DNA of 64,000 bases from the human T2T-CHM13v2.0 reference genome, Homo sapiens, in assembly GCF_009914755.1 (NCBI RefSeq), contig NC_060934.1; one strand, 5' to 3'. The notes below the pieces were generated by a model, which saw only the letters and a list, made by a program, of their open reading frames with translations, ran no database searches and was not told the origin of the DNA. Shown here one piece after another: positions 27,703 through 40,305 of the stretch. The translations under genes and the position numbers were made by a program. How positions within the stretch are numbered: the first letter of the stretch is position 1; each line of letters begins with the position of its first letter.

Positions 27703-28636
27703 ACCTCCCACGTGGAAGACTTGGTGTTGGCCACCCAGCGCAACAAGTCATTTGGAGATGCAGCAGGTTTCTCAGAGACCCAAAGCCAGCTCTGTCTGTA
27801 GGTCATTCCAGGTGCTGAGCTTGGAAGCAAAGGCTCAGAACCTTTCTGAGCCATCAGCTTCTCATAGCCCACGTCTCTAAAATAGATTTGAAACTTGGAG
27901 TGACAGCTTGAGCATTTCCAGGGCTTTTGAATCATTGAATCTGGAAGCAAATAAAATTAATAACTTCATGCACAGACTTCCACCAAACACAATGAGCATG
28001 AAGATGCATGAGTGCATGTGTGGGGGATGAGGTCACAGCAGTTGCCTGAGGGTTCATGGGCACAATATCCTTCCCATCTTCCAGTCTAAGTTTATGGAGC
28101 CACTTCTGTAGCTCTGCCTCATACAGTGAATTTTTGGGGCACGGGGGCTTTACTTGGCTCTTCTGCAAGAAGTGATGTGACCGATCTCACAGATCAGAAA
28201 CCGCATGCCTGGGGCTCATCTCAAGGGAGTGGCTGAGTGGCCATTGGGGATAAGAAGCAACTTCAGGCTGAGAATTTTTCCCCTTTAGGATCTGAGTTTT
28301 GCAGAGCTCTGCTCTAAGGATTCTCCAAGTGGTGGTGTGTTCCTGTTCCTATCTAGCTGGCAATATTTCAGCATGATAGGACTCTGGTAGAAGGTACAAG
28401 AACAGAATCAGGAATGTGCTGTGTCTCTCGCTCAGCTCTTTGCATTGTTGAATACAGCCAGTCAATATGAACCTTTTTCAGTCTGAGTATAGAGCACGCT
28501 GCTCCTTGGCCAGCTAGTTTTTTCAAGGCAAGGAGCATCCCCTTCATCCAATTCTGATTGGATGTACCATGTGGTTGTTCAGATTCCTGGGCCTGGGTGC
28601 TACGAGGTGATGCATCTTTGCTATCCAGAGTGTCAC

Positions 28637-28937
28637 TTTTTTTTTTTTTTTTTTGAGATGGAGTCTCGCTGTGTCGAGACTGCACTGGAGTGCAGTGGCG
28701 TGATCTTGGCTCACTGCAACCTTTGCCTCTGGGTTCAAGCTATTCTCGTGCCTCAGCCTCCCAAGTAGCTAGGACTACAGGTGCCCGCCACCACACCTGG
28801 CTAATTTTTGTATTTTTAGTAGACACGGGGTTTCACCACGTTGGCCAGGCTGGTCTCGGACTCCTAGCCTCAAGTGATCTGCCCACCTCGGCCTCCCAAA
28901 GTGCTGGGATTATAAGCGTGAGCCACTGCACCTGGCC
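28637..28937 (-). mobile_element. AluS, antisense (within a possible extended PLPP4 3' UTR)
   Basis: Poly-T then antisense Alu ending ...gcacctggcc. Flanks agagtgtcacttt / agagtgttgcttt. Confidence 0.93.
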
Positions 28938-29913
28938 AAGAGTGTTGCTTTTGGGCAGTTAGCATAACAGACTGCATTTTGAGAGACTCAGGTGGCTGCC
29001 TAAATGGTCAGCTTATCAGCCCTGGGCTGCGTGTGCAAGTTAGAAGCATCAGAATATCTTTGATCAGCCATTTCTGTTAAGCTCCATGGGCTTAAGCTTG
29101 GAGTGCATGTACCACTGCCTATGCTCCATGAGCCCCAGTGCAGCCCTCTCCAGCCCTGGTCCTTCCAAACTGGCTTTGGCACGGTCATGTGATTGTCCCC
29201 TGGATGGAGTGGGAGAGGGGGAGGCTTGAATTGACTTTCATCCAAAGTCAAGCCATTGATTTTTTAAAAATTATAGCAGTTACATTGGCAAGCAACTTTG
29301 AAGATGAATGTGAGATATTTTAAGAGATAAATCATAGCAATTGAAAAGACATAATTTTAAATTCTGAGCTAAAATTCATTTAAAATTAGAAAATTAAACA
29401 ATACTCTAATTTAACTAAAAACTCTATAATTTTCAAAAATAAAGCCCAAAATAGAAATGTAGGAAAAAGATCCTTTGCTACTGTTAAAAAAAAAAACCCC
29501 ATCCTGATGTGGCCCACATTCTTATTTGATTCTAGTTTTATCTGAGCAAGAGGAAAGGAAAAGGGTTGTACTTCAGTTAATAAAGACTTAAAATTCTGGA
29601 CCATCAAGTGTAAATTTAATATAAATAATTTTATTTAAAGATAAATGGCCAGGAAGTACTCTGCAAAGTAACAACAGAGTATTACTAATGCTGATAATTA
29701 CATGGAAAATCCTAAGACTGGCCATGTAAAAGCTTTGATTAAAATATAATTCAAATTACAGATGATGTAATAACATGAAGCTGGTGGTAGGATCCTCAGG
29801 AGCCATAATGAACAGTGTAAGCCAGTTCACAAAAGGCAGGCATTTTTACAGATCCTTATGTTTCAATTTCATGCTCTATTCACGTGAAGTAAATATAACA
29901 TCACAGTGTACCA

Positions 29914-29919
29914 ATTAAA
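29914..29919 (+). terminator. PLPP4: Candidate distal PLPP4 poly(A) signal ATTAAA
   Basis: TGTA at 29907-29910, then ATTAAA, then U/GU-rich 'gatttttttttggatgtgggg' ~35-55 nt downstream. Other AATAAA at 29438 and 29579. Confidence 0.45.
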
Positions 29920-30227
29920 TGGCCATAATGAGAACGTTTATTCCTCAACCCCTGATTTTTTTTTGGATGTGGGGTTCCTAATTCAGTCTCTTTGGAAAAG
30001 CAGGTTACACACAGTGTGAAGAGTCCGAGCCCACCCTGGGAGCTGTGGGATGTCGGAATTTCTTCCTCTTTGAGTAAACTTACTCAGAGTCCATGTTAGA
30101 GATCGGCAGCCACAAGCTCAGATACCTTGAGGTACTAGGAAGAGAATACAGTGAATGAGGCAAGTGGGGTCATTAAGGAATAGTGGAGACTGTGGAAGAC
30201 TAAAAGCACACACCCCAGGGAAGTGGT

Positions 30228-30482
30228 GCTGGAGTGCAGTGGCGCGATCCCTGCTCACTGCAAGCTCGGCCTCCTGGGTTCACGCCATTCTCCTGCCTCA
30301 GCCTCCTGAGTAGCTGGGACTACAGGCACCCACTGCCATGCCCGGCTAATTTTTTGTATTTTTTAGTAGAGACAGGGTTTCACTGTGTTAGCCAGGATGG
30401 TCTTGATCTCCTGACCTCATGATCCGCCTGCCTCGGCCTCCCAAAGTGCCTGGATTACAGGTGTGAGCCACAGCGCCCAGCC
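30228..30482 (-). mobile_element. AluY, antisense, missing its 3' end and A tail
   Basis: Starts abruptly at 'gctggagtgcagtggcgcgatc'. Y diagnostics 'caagctc', 'cacgccattctcc', 'ttagccaggatggtc'. Confidence 0.9.
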
Positions 30483-32767
30483 CAAACACATATTCCCCCA
30501 AGAGAAGTCAAGAATCTTCATTTTATATGAGATTGTTTGATTTTACCTTGGGCAACTGTTTCCATTGAGATACATTAGAATGCAACCAACAATACACCCC
30601 AGTGAAAGAAGCTTAATCAGTAGGGGTTTATTAAGATTAAAAATAATAAGAAATTGAGAGGTTGGTGGTCTCAAAGCCCCCAGGCTTTCCCATGCTCTTG
30701 CTCCACCATCTTCAGTATGCCAGTGATTCTCCCTCATGATCACAAGGTGGCTGCAGCATCTCCAAGAATCACATCCTCATCCCATCATGCTCAAACGAAG
30801 AAAGAAAGGAGCCCAGTCATGTGACAAGATAACTCTACTTGTCGGTCTGTTTATCAGGGAAGAAAATGTTTCCCAGCACCCCTGAGAAATATCCCCTTTA
30901 CTTGCATTGGCTAGAATGATGTTGGATGGCCACCCCCAGAAGTCATGGGGGCTTGGAAGAGTGAATATCCAGCATTTTCAGTCTCTTTGCAGGAGAAAGA
31001 TTCTACCTGCTTGGGAAAAGGGTTAAACAATGGCCATTGGGTTGACAATGAACAGCATCTGTGACAGCACCAAACTTGTTTAATTAAAACACAAAAATGG
31101 CACATCAGTCACATAAAAATGTAGAGCAGGCTGTTTGCAGTCTCCTTTAGGGCTCACATGTCTTCTTAGTGGGTTAGAATTTGAGCAGAAGAGCCGGCTC
31201 TTTAGTCAATCTATTTAGCCCTATTGAATTGCCCTTCTCCTAAAGAGCTTTTCTAGCTAAAGCCATGGTCCTTGTTGTCTGGGCATACTCCATCTTCCTG
31301 AAGCTTCTGGCACGTTCCCCTCAGCTTTACCATTTTGAAGATACTGTTCTTTTCCTTAAACTCACCGTTTTCTCACCTCCCATGACTTATCACTTAAGAT
31401 ATGTCCCATTCTTTCCGGTTCAGAACAAATGGGGGTCACATTCATAGTTATCTGCTTCCTCTTCACATCTGGAGTTGACCCCACTTGGGAAGGTTCTTCT
31501 TTCCTTAGAAAAAATCCTCACACACAGGACTAGGGTTCCAGAAATGATGACTGGCAAACTTCCCTTCCCCCTCCCCACTCAAAAGGGAGACCCCCAGCCT
31601 AGGTGAGCCAATCTCATCTCACTCCTAGGAGCTAGAACAGAGCTGAGCCACCTTAATGGCAGCCTCTTAGAGAAGAAAAACATAAGCCCCTACTTCCAGA
31701 TGCCCCAGAGTGCCCCATTTCCTGCCTGCCTGAAATGGTTGCTCAGCTCTTCTTTCAGTACTGTGAGCCACCCAGAGCCTGCCAATGCAAGCATTTTTTC
31801 CCCCAACTAGAGCTGCTTTCTGTTTCTTACAACTGAAACATCTTCTAAAGAAGAGCTTTAATTTCATCTGTCCCAGCTCTCCATATGTGGAAGAGTTATT
31901 TCCAAGAGGTGTGCAGAGCACTGCGTTGATGACACCGGGCTTCAAAATTCCACTCCCACCTGTCAAAACCGAACTTTCCAAAGGTTGGTTCATCCACCGT
32001 GCAACCCCAGGTGGAAATTTCAGAGAATGCCTGGCAGGTAGTTAATCTAAACTGGCATGTTCCCCAAGTCTTTAGCATTTAGTGATTCCAAACTCTGGCA
32101 CTCTGGCACACACACGAAACATCCAGCTACAGTAGCATTTCGAGGGAAGCCTGACACAGTGCTTGGATCTTTCTGTCTGTCCCCACTTCAAAACAAATAA
32201 AAGCAAAACAACAACAATAACAACAACAAAGCAAAACCGTTTTCCTAAGTTTTAAAAAGTAAAATGCCAATTTCAGTGTAAAATTTACCATGAATTTTAA
32301 AGATGTGTGCTGCTTTGGGGAGTATTTTTTCCCTTGCACGTGTGTTTGTGTTTGTTTTTATGCCTTTAGAACTTTGATGGGCATGTCCTATCTCTTCTCA
32401 GCACGTCATGTGCTTGGGGACATGTGTACCTGCTTTGGTCAAGAAGAACTGTTAATATATTAGAAAATGGCTTTGATAGCCCCTGGCTATAACCATCCCA
32501 GGCCAAAGGAGTTCAGTCTCAATTAGGATAAATACTTTAATGTAATTTGCACCATTGCTGCTGTCTGGGAGTAGAGGAAATGAAGAACTAGAAATCTAGA
32601 AGCAGTTTTTGTTTGTGTGAAGGCAGAGGAAAAGAAGAGATGGCCTCACACCAGTGTTTCTCAAAGGGAATTTCACAGAACTGGTCCAGCTTTGTGAAAA
32701 TACAATACAATACAGATGTGATTAATAGATTCTAAATTCTCCTCTTACAGATCCAAATTTAAAATAG

Positions 32768-33111
<344 letters not shown>

Positions 33112-33599
33112 TGCCCCTTTTTATTCTTTGATGACATCTTTTCATCCCAGTGCTTGCAGTGGTGCTGCCATGACTGCTTGCCAGTGGATTCTGTAAATGA
33201 TCAGGAATAATAATGCTCTCAGTGACAGACAATGAGAGTAACATCTTAACACAAAATATGCTGTGTGATGGGTGGCGTCTCTTCTTGCTATGTGGTGTCT
33301 CTTCTTTTTTTGCCCTGAAAAGATCCCCAGACTGACATAGAACACAGTCACAGATGCCCTGGGGACATCATATACTGTGATGCTAAACACCTGCTTTCAT
33401 CCACATACAGAGTGCTCTTCAAGGATAGCACGGAGGAAAGAACCACTTAGAATGGGGCCAGGCAGCCCTGCCAACATCTCTGCCACTTAACCTTGAGCAA
33501 ACTGCTTCACACTCGTGAGCCTCAGTGTCTGCATCTGCAAAACAGGAATAACACCAACCTTATAGGACCTTTTACAATGGTTTAGTGATTTAGAATGTA

Positions 33600-33678
33600 T
33601 TAGGTTGGTGCAAAAGTAATTGTAGTTTTGCCATTAAAAGTAATGATCAAAACAGCAAGTACCTTTGCGACAACATAA
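33600..33678. mobile_element. MADE1 (Hsmar1-derived ~80-bp MITE) inserted in a MIR
   Basis: TA|TTAGGTTGGTGCAAAAGTAATTGTAGTTTTGCCATTAAAAGTAATGATCAAAACAGCAAGTACCTTTGCGACAACATAA|TA: mariner TIRs with a TA TSD. Confidence 0.93.
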
Positions 33679-33770
33679 TAAGATATCAGACCATGATAGT
33701 TGTGATTATTGCAGAGCTCCTGGGGTATCTGAGACATGAATAAAGTAAGCACCTGGCACTAAAACTCTCT

Positions 33771-34138
33771 TGTCTTCGTCTGTTCAGGCTGCTACAATAG
33801 ACTATCATAGACTGGTGGCTTATAAACAACAAAAACTTATTTCTTACATTTCTGGAGACTGGGAAGTCCAAAACCAAGGCACCTGCTGATTTAGTGTCTG
33901 GTGAGGGTGTGCTTCAGGGTTCATAGACCCCTGTCTTTTTACTGTGTCCTCACATGGTGGCAGGGGCAAGGGAACTCTTTGGGGTCCCTCATATACGAAT
34001 ACTAATCCCATTAATTAGAGTCCTACCCTTATGACCTAATGCCCTCCCAAAGGCCCCCACCTCTTAATACCATAACATTGGAAGTTGGGATTTTGACATA
34101 TGAATTTGGGAGGAGACATAAACACTCAGTCTGTAGCA
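33771..34138 (-). mobile_element. MaLR solo LTR (MLT1A-like)
   Basis: 'tgtcttcgtctgttcaggctgctacaa...agactggtggcttataaacaac...gggaagtccaaaaccaagg...atatgaatttgggaggagacataaacactcagtctgtagca'. Confidence 0.85.
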
Positions 34139-35076
34139 TCTCTGAAGAGTAAATAGCAATTCTGATACAAGCAGGAGAATTTCACTGGCAACACTGTTAT
34201 GGTAATCAGGTATTAAAACCCTAATTGAATTATAATCCCTCTAATCGCTGCTGCCACCAGTAGGTAATGATACAATTTATCCTCTTAGGGAACCAGATTC
34301 CCCCTATAAGAAGGTCGAATTAATAATACAGCAAAATTCACTATGTTGATTTTTAGAAACATTAATATGTCTGAGGGGTATTCAACCTAAGTCAGATGTT
34401 GCTCCAGGCACCAGCTATTTGGGAGAAAAAGGCCCATCTGAGCCAAAGCCAGGACAAGACAAGCAGCTTTAGGGGTGCTAAGGAGTGAGAAGCCTCCATA
34501 CACCAGGGCTCACTCCTTAGGAGGCCTCCTGAAAGAAGGGGAGCAGGAGAGGGGCAGGGAGAACCTGCATCTATCCAAGGAAGGGGGTGAGCTAAGCTGA
34601 TGGATACTTGAATTATTGGAGAAAAGTGTGAAATTAGAAAAACCCATGAAAAGACCCAGAGGCTTGTGAGCCTCTTAGGGATTGCAGAATGTTTTCGTTC
34701 ACATGGAAACCAATTGCACAAAAAGTGCTCATACCTGTATTCCAGGAGCCAGCAAGGATAGTGTGTATGCAAAGAGAGCTTCAGTGAAAGGGGAGTTTCA
34801 GGAAATGATGGACCCAGCCTTCCTTAAAAAGAGGAGTCAGATACCTCCTTGCACGCATGTGCACACATGTGTGTACACACATGCAGACACACACACAATA
34901 GAGATTGTCTAAAGGTGGGTAGTTTATATAGCTCTCCCTGGATCATATAAACTGTGTTTCACTTGGACTTGCCATTGACTGAAGCAGACTTTGCAGAACA
35001 TTCCAATCTTCAGCTGGTTATCCTGGACTCCCAGTCAGCCCCATATCTACACCCTGGAGCTCTAGAAAGATCCCTT

Positions 35077-35366
35077 CCCAGCACAGTGGTTCACATTGTA
35101 ATCCTAGCACTTTAGGAGGTGGAGGCACGAGGATCACTTGAGGCCAGGAGTTCAAGACCAGCCTGGACAACATAGTGAGGCCCCATCTCTACAACAAATT
35201 TAAAAAAAAAAATAGCTGAGCATGGTGGTGCACACCTGTAATCCCAGCTACCTCTGAGGATCACTTGAGATCAGAAGCTTGAGGCTGCAGTGAGCTATGA
35301 TCATGTCACCACACTTGAGCCCTAGGCGACAGAGAGGGACCCTGTCTCTAAAAACAAATAGAAAAG
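35077..35366 (+). mobile_element. AluJ-type, diverged
   Basis: J diagnostics 'gaggatcacttgaggccaggagttcaagaccagcctggacaacatagtgagg' and 'gaggctgcagtgagctatgatc'. Confidence 0.88.
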
Positions 35367-35509
35367 AATGATCTTTGAAGTCACACTCACTGCTGATAAC
35401 TTGAGGGTGAACCCCCAAGGCAAAGCAGGGGCTGCCTTTTGGGGTTGATCTGATGAATATCATCAAAATAGAGTGATTTTCCACCCTCATAATGGACAAG
35501 AGCAAACTC

Positions 35510-35690
35510 AGCCATGCTTGGGATCAAATCCAGCTCAGATACTTTCTTGAGCAAATTACGAACCTTTCAAAGATTCAGTGTCCTCATGTGTAAGATGGGT
35601 TTTTTTGTGAGGATTAAATGAAGAAAGCATGTATAGAAAGTGCTTAGTACAGGGCTTGGTACACGGTAAGTGCTCAATAAATGTTAGCTC
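35510..35690. mobile_element. MIR
   Basis: 'ttgagcaaattacgaacc...tcagtgtcctcatgtgtaagatggg...tgtgaggattaaatgaag...aagtgctcaataaatgttagct'. Confidence 0.7.
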
Positions 35691-36186
35691 TTGTGATTGG
35701 TCAATGTGAGCTGTCACTGTGTTGTGAGGCACGGGCTGTTCTACATGAATGCATTTCCCAGAAGAGTCGTGTCTTGAGCCTCTCTCACATGCTGACCATT
35801 TTGTTTAAAATATTTGATAGATGAATTCTACACTCCCTGGCCTTCCTTGTCCAGAGGCTTCTTCCTAAGAACTCAGTGCCAGGATTTTGAGTAGCACTGG
35901 ATATTCTGTGCAATGGGTTCGTTCATCCAATTTCCACCACTTTACAGATGAACTGGGGATCAGAGAAGGCAAGCCACCTCCCCAAGGTCACACAGCTTGT
36001 GAGAGCAAGACAACAGCATCGAGGCCTATGTAATAGCAGAGCCATTGCTTCTTTGGCTCTGCGGAAGCTTGTATTGTGGTATATCTGTGGTGTAGCTTTG
36101 CTGTCTCCTGTGTCAATGTCAGGAGGACAGGCTGAGCTCCTGGGACCAGAACCCCTCAGATTCCAGGAGGAGCAGAGAAAGCACAG

Positions 36187-36573
36187 ATGGCCTGGAGAGT
36201 CCCAGGGGTGAGGCCAGCAAGTACTTTCTTCCCCCAGGTGCTCAGAGCATCCTCTGAGTTGCCAAACAGACTCCCAGAGGGGTCAACTGTGGGCCCTAAA
36301 CCAGACAGCAGCTGGGAAGCAGGCTCTCAGGGGAACTGGGGTCTCACCAGCTCAGGAGCAGGCCAGGACTCCTCAGCACAGAAGCTGGGAATCTTGAGTG
36401 TCCAGATCAGCCTGAAAATCTGGACTTGGGAAAAGCCATCTGGCTGGGGCCACCTGCATGCCGCTGTGACTGGGGCATCCTGCTGCTCTCCTCTCTCACA
36501 AGGTGGTGCCATCTGCCTTGTCACTGCTCCTCAGGACAAGCCTGACTGCTCTCCCTGCACCTCTGGCCATTGA
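36187..36573 (+). CDS. LINC01561: 128-codon ORF, putative uncharacterised protein of the lncRNA LINC01561 (C10orf85); coding status doubtful
   Basis: ATG...TGA ORF MAWRVPGVRPASTFFPQ...CSPCTSGH, recognised from memory as the C10orf85 predicted protein. Position just downstream of PLPP4 fits. No known domain and a weak Kozak (CAG ATG G). Confidence 0.6.
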   Translation: MAWRVPGVRPASTFFPQVLRASSELPNRLPEGSTVGPKPDSSWEAGSQGNWGLTSSGAGQDSSAQKLGILSVQISLKIWTWEKPSGWGHLHAAVTGASCCSPLSQGGAICLVTAPQDKPDCSPCTSGH

Positions 36574-37259
36574 GAATCCGGCTGCTCCATCGTGGTGGAA
36601 AATCTTCCATGCTCAGAGGGACACCTTCCGACACTGGGGTTCTGGAGAGCCTGGTGCCACGAGACAAGGAGCCATGTGACAAGAGGGGGAGGGGTAGGAG
36701 TGGGACACACAAGTGTGGTTTGGGACAAAATAGGGCCTGAGGCTCACGTGTTATAAAACCCCCTTTGCTCTGCCTGTCTCCTTGAATTGTGGCCAGTTTC
36801 ACATGGGAAGCAACGTCGAGGGACAGGGAGACTGCAGGTGAGGCCTCAGGGCTCTGCATTCCCATCCCCAAAAGTCACCAGCGTGTGGCCTTGTGGGTGT
36901 CACTCCCCTCTGTGGAGTCAACTTTGTGCAGTGACATGCAGAGGCTGGACTGCTGCCACCTCATGCCCCTCCTGGCATGATGGTCGCATGAGGCTGAGTG
37001 ATTTGCAGGTCTATGGGGAAGTGTCCCGCCTCAGAGATGTGGAGGAGAAGCCAGGCAGAGCGCTGTTCATTCCATTTCTTTCTTTTTTTAATCTAAAGGA
37101 GGGAAAGAGCTTTATTAACTCAAACAAAGGGATGCCATACAACTTCCCAACGATACTGTGCAGTGATGGTATTAGCTTCCACCTGTTCTTCCATTCTGGG
37201 GGCAGGGTGTGAGGACTGGCTGCTCTGGGAGACGCTCTGAGCTGAGAGAAGAAATAGCT

Positions 37260-37500
37260 ATGCTAATAGCTGCCCCTTACTGAGTGCTCACTCTGTGTCC
37301 GGGGCTACACCGAGTGCTTGCAGCGGGTTCTCAGGCGCACTTAGAACAGCACTGTGAGAAAGGCACTTTTGCTGCCCCTTGTGTACAGATGAGGACAAAG
37401 AGGGGCAGAGAGGTTTAGAACCTTGACCTATATCACACAGCCAGTGAGCAGACGACCGGAATTTGAATCCTGCAATCTCTCTGCAGAGCCTGCGCATTTA
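37260..37500. mobile_element. MIR
   Basis: 'ttactgagtgctcactctgtg...tacagatgaggacaaagaggggcagagaggttt...ccggaatttgaatcc'. Confidence 0.7.
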
Positions 37501-37971
37501 ATACCACACACAGTTCTGGCCTGCAGTGAATTTGGTTGTTCTTCCTGCCTGGGGTGGTCAGTTTCCAAGCCTTTCCAGATGGACTTCTGCAGCCCAAAGC
37601 TGCGTGCTCCCCGTGCAGGCCCTTGTCAGAGCAGAGAAAGATGGCTGAAGTTGTTGTCCATCTAGATTTTTATCTTCAAAACATTGCTGAAATCAATCTC
37701 TCTTCTACCGTCTCCGATTTCCTTTGTCCTTATGGGTGGTCTACAACTTTACTATCATTTTAGTGGATGCAAGAGGAGTGGAGATAAACACGTGTTCAGC
37801 CTGCTGTGAATCTCTGCAGTGGCTATGTTGTTTCTTAAACAGATGTAATGAGGCATCTATTCCCTGTGTGCCATGTGCCCCTTGAGTAGGGGACATCTGT
37901 TTTGTGTTGTCTGTGTCTCCAGCATTAGAATGGAACCTGGCACAAAATAGAGGCTCAATTAGTATTTGTTG

Positions 37972-37977
37972 AATAAA
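37972..37977 (+). terminator. AATAAA in an L2 3' tail, candidate LINC01561 poly(A) signal
   Basis: 'acctggcacaaaatagaggctcaattagtatttgttgAATAAAtgaa' is an L2 3' end. It is the first AATAAA I found downstream of the ORF, followed by GT/T-rich sequence at ~38000-38045. Confidence 0.5.
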
Positions 37978-39108
37978 TGAACATTAAGAAACAGAAAAGA
38001 GCCTTGTTCCTTCCTTGTGTCTCCTTCTTCATGTTTTGTAGTCTGTTGGAATCTCATTACTAGATTATTGTTCCAGAAACATGTTCCAAGGACAGGCATG
38101 TGCAGGCAGAATGGAACTGGGAACGTAAACGGGAAGCTTGAACCTGGAAAGTCACAAGGGGGATGGAGATTTGGGGAGAAGTGGGAGCTGGGAGAGCAGC
38201 AGCCCAAGCTGAAGATCTAAGCTGGGGGTCAGGAGAGCCAGCTGAGAGCTTTCTAGGCTGCAGCTGAGCACCCTGTCTATGGGCCTCCCAGCCTCCAGGT
38301 CACCAACCTTGTGGGGAGGTGGGAGCAGGTGGGAGCATAGGTGCTGGGCCCTAGTGGACATCGAGGTGCACAGGTGGCCAGTGAATGTGGGATCCATGGG
38401 GGCAGAGGGAAGCCCTAGGATGCTGCAGAAGCCTGAGGCCAGCCCGAGGCCGGCTCTGGGAAGAGGGGGAGGCAGCTGCCATAGGTGAAGGCTCAGGAGG
38501 GCACTCAGAGATGGAGACTGAAGGCCGGCTTGCTTCTGCTTCCTCTGCCCAGAACCCCTGAATTTCAGGAAACAGGATGGAAGGACTTAGGGACTCTGGA
38601 TGATGAGAGTTTCTGCAGTCCGGGACTTGCAGCATGCGTTTCCTCTGTGAGCCTGCTGTGCAGCCAGCTCCCTTCTCCCCCTGCTCTGTGCTGGTGCCCA
38701 CAGAGGTGGCACTCCCTCCCAACCCCAGCACAACTGCCATCTCAGCAGTCCCCCAAGGAAGAGGCTGAGATCCTGCCTCGGGGCACCCTGAGGGGTCCAC
38801 TTCACTCTCCTGACCACCCTGCCAGCCTGGACTCCCCAACCCCATTTCCAACCTCTGCACACTCCCAGCCTAGAGTGGGATTTTCTGGGAGCCTGAAGTA
38901 TAGGCTGGACTGGGAGGGCTTGGCTGCAGCCTCAGCTCAGGACCACCCCCTGGTGGCCCCCTTGGGTGGGAGCCCATCTCTTGATGGATAGGTGAGCCTG
39001 TGTCCTCAGCAGTGACCTGAGCTGCTAGTTGGGGGAAGTGACTCAGCAAACTAGGCCGCTGCCAAGTGGCATCAGGATCCAAAGCATCCCCACCCAGTGG
39101 CTTCAGGT

Positions 39109-39510
39109 TGTTAAATTACATTTAGCCTAAAGCTGCCTCCATACATATTTTAAGTTCAGCCTAAAAGTTTCTACATGCATAGTGAACTGTAACCTAACTG
39201 AATGCGTAAGCAGACTATCACCTGCTCTTTTGCCAATCAGAGTTCAGCCAATCACAGGCAGCCAACTGTTCAAACCACGTTCAAATAAGGCAAACACCGA
39301 GAGCTGTAACTAATCGGCTGTTTCTGTACCCCACTTCCCTTTTCTGGACGTCACTTTCGTATTTTTGTCCATAAGTCTTCTACCATCACGTGGCTGCGTT
39401 AGAGCGTCTGTGCATCTGCTGTGATTCTTGGGGCTGCCTGATTCACAAATCATTCTTTGCTCGGTTAAACTCTGTTAAATTGAATTTGTCTAAGGTTTTT
39501 TCTCTATACA
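39109..39510 (+). mobile_element. ERV1 solo LTR, MER57-type
   Basis: TGTTAAATTACATTTAGCCTAAAGCTGCCTCC...TCTCTATACA with a 4-bp TSD AGGT on both sides. Two CCAAT boxes. Confidence 0.85.
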
Positions 39511-40305
39511 AGGTTAAGACATAACCTGTGTCTGACCCAGGGCCAACTGTGGGCTGTGTGTGGCGGGTGGCAGGGGCGTGTTATTCCCTTTCTTCCAGAG
39601 GCTGTGTTCTCAAAGTTGAGTTCTCAGGTTGCTCGCGCACAGGTGCCATGGTGTCCTCATTCATGGGATTATCGAGACCCAGATACCACCCCAGAGCTAC
39701 TGAGTTAGACTCTGGGGATCAGAACTGGGACTCTGTAATGAGCACTCACCCACATGGATCTCAGGCTCACCTGGTGTGGGAGCTTCTGCCCTCTGTTCTG
39801 CCTGCTGGACACAATGTAGAAGAGACAGTTTTACCAGGCTGTTCTTGGGGTATGCTCTATCCTGGAAAGAGGGATCTCGGGAAATGATGACATTTCTTTA
39901 TGTTTGGTTGGTATTTCACAGTGTATTGTGCATTCTGGGACCACTATCAACTCACCTGCTTAAACCTCAACCCTAGGGACCTGCCTTGATTGGTCCTTTT
40001 CTTGATTCTCTTCTTCTAATCCATCAGCAACCCCTCTGGCTCCTACCTTCAAAGTGGACTCCACACCTAACCACACCCCCCAGCCCACTGTGGCCACCGT
40101 AGTCCACCCCTGTTGTCACCCCTGCTCACCTGAGCTGCTGGGATGTCTCCCACCCATCAGTGCCACATTCACTTCCCCCAAATCCATTTTCCACTGCAGC
40201 CCAAGTGTGTATGTGTGTGTTCCTTTTTTATTAAGGCACTGTTTTCAGAGAACAGTTTTCACTTGTTTTAAGTGTACGGTGTTTGAATTGTGATCTTGTA
40301 CATAA

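Noticed and set aside
34866-34883. 18-bp perfect palindrome CATGTGTGTACACACATG
   Set aside because: Expected by-product of a low-complexity CA/TG tract.
38351-38991. Overlapping 168- and 169-aa ORFs on opposite strands
   Set aside because: GC-rich, stop-poor region with non-ATG starts and no recognisable domain, so likely chance.
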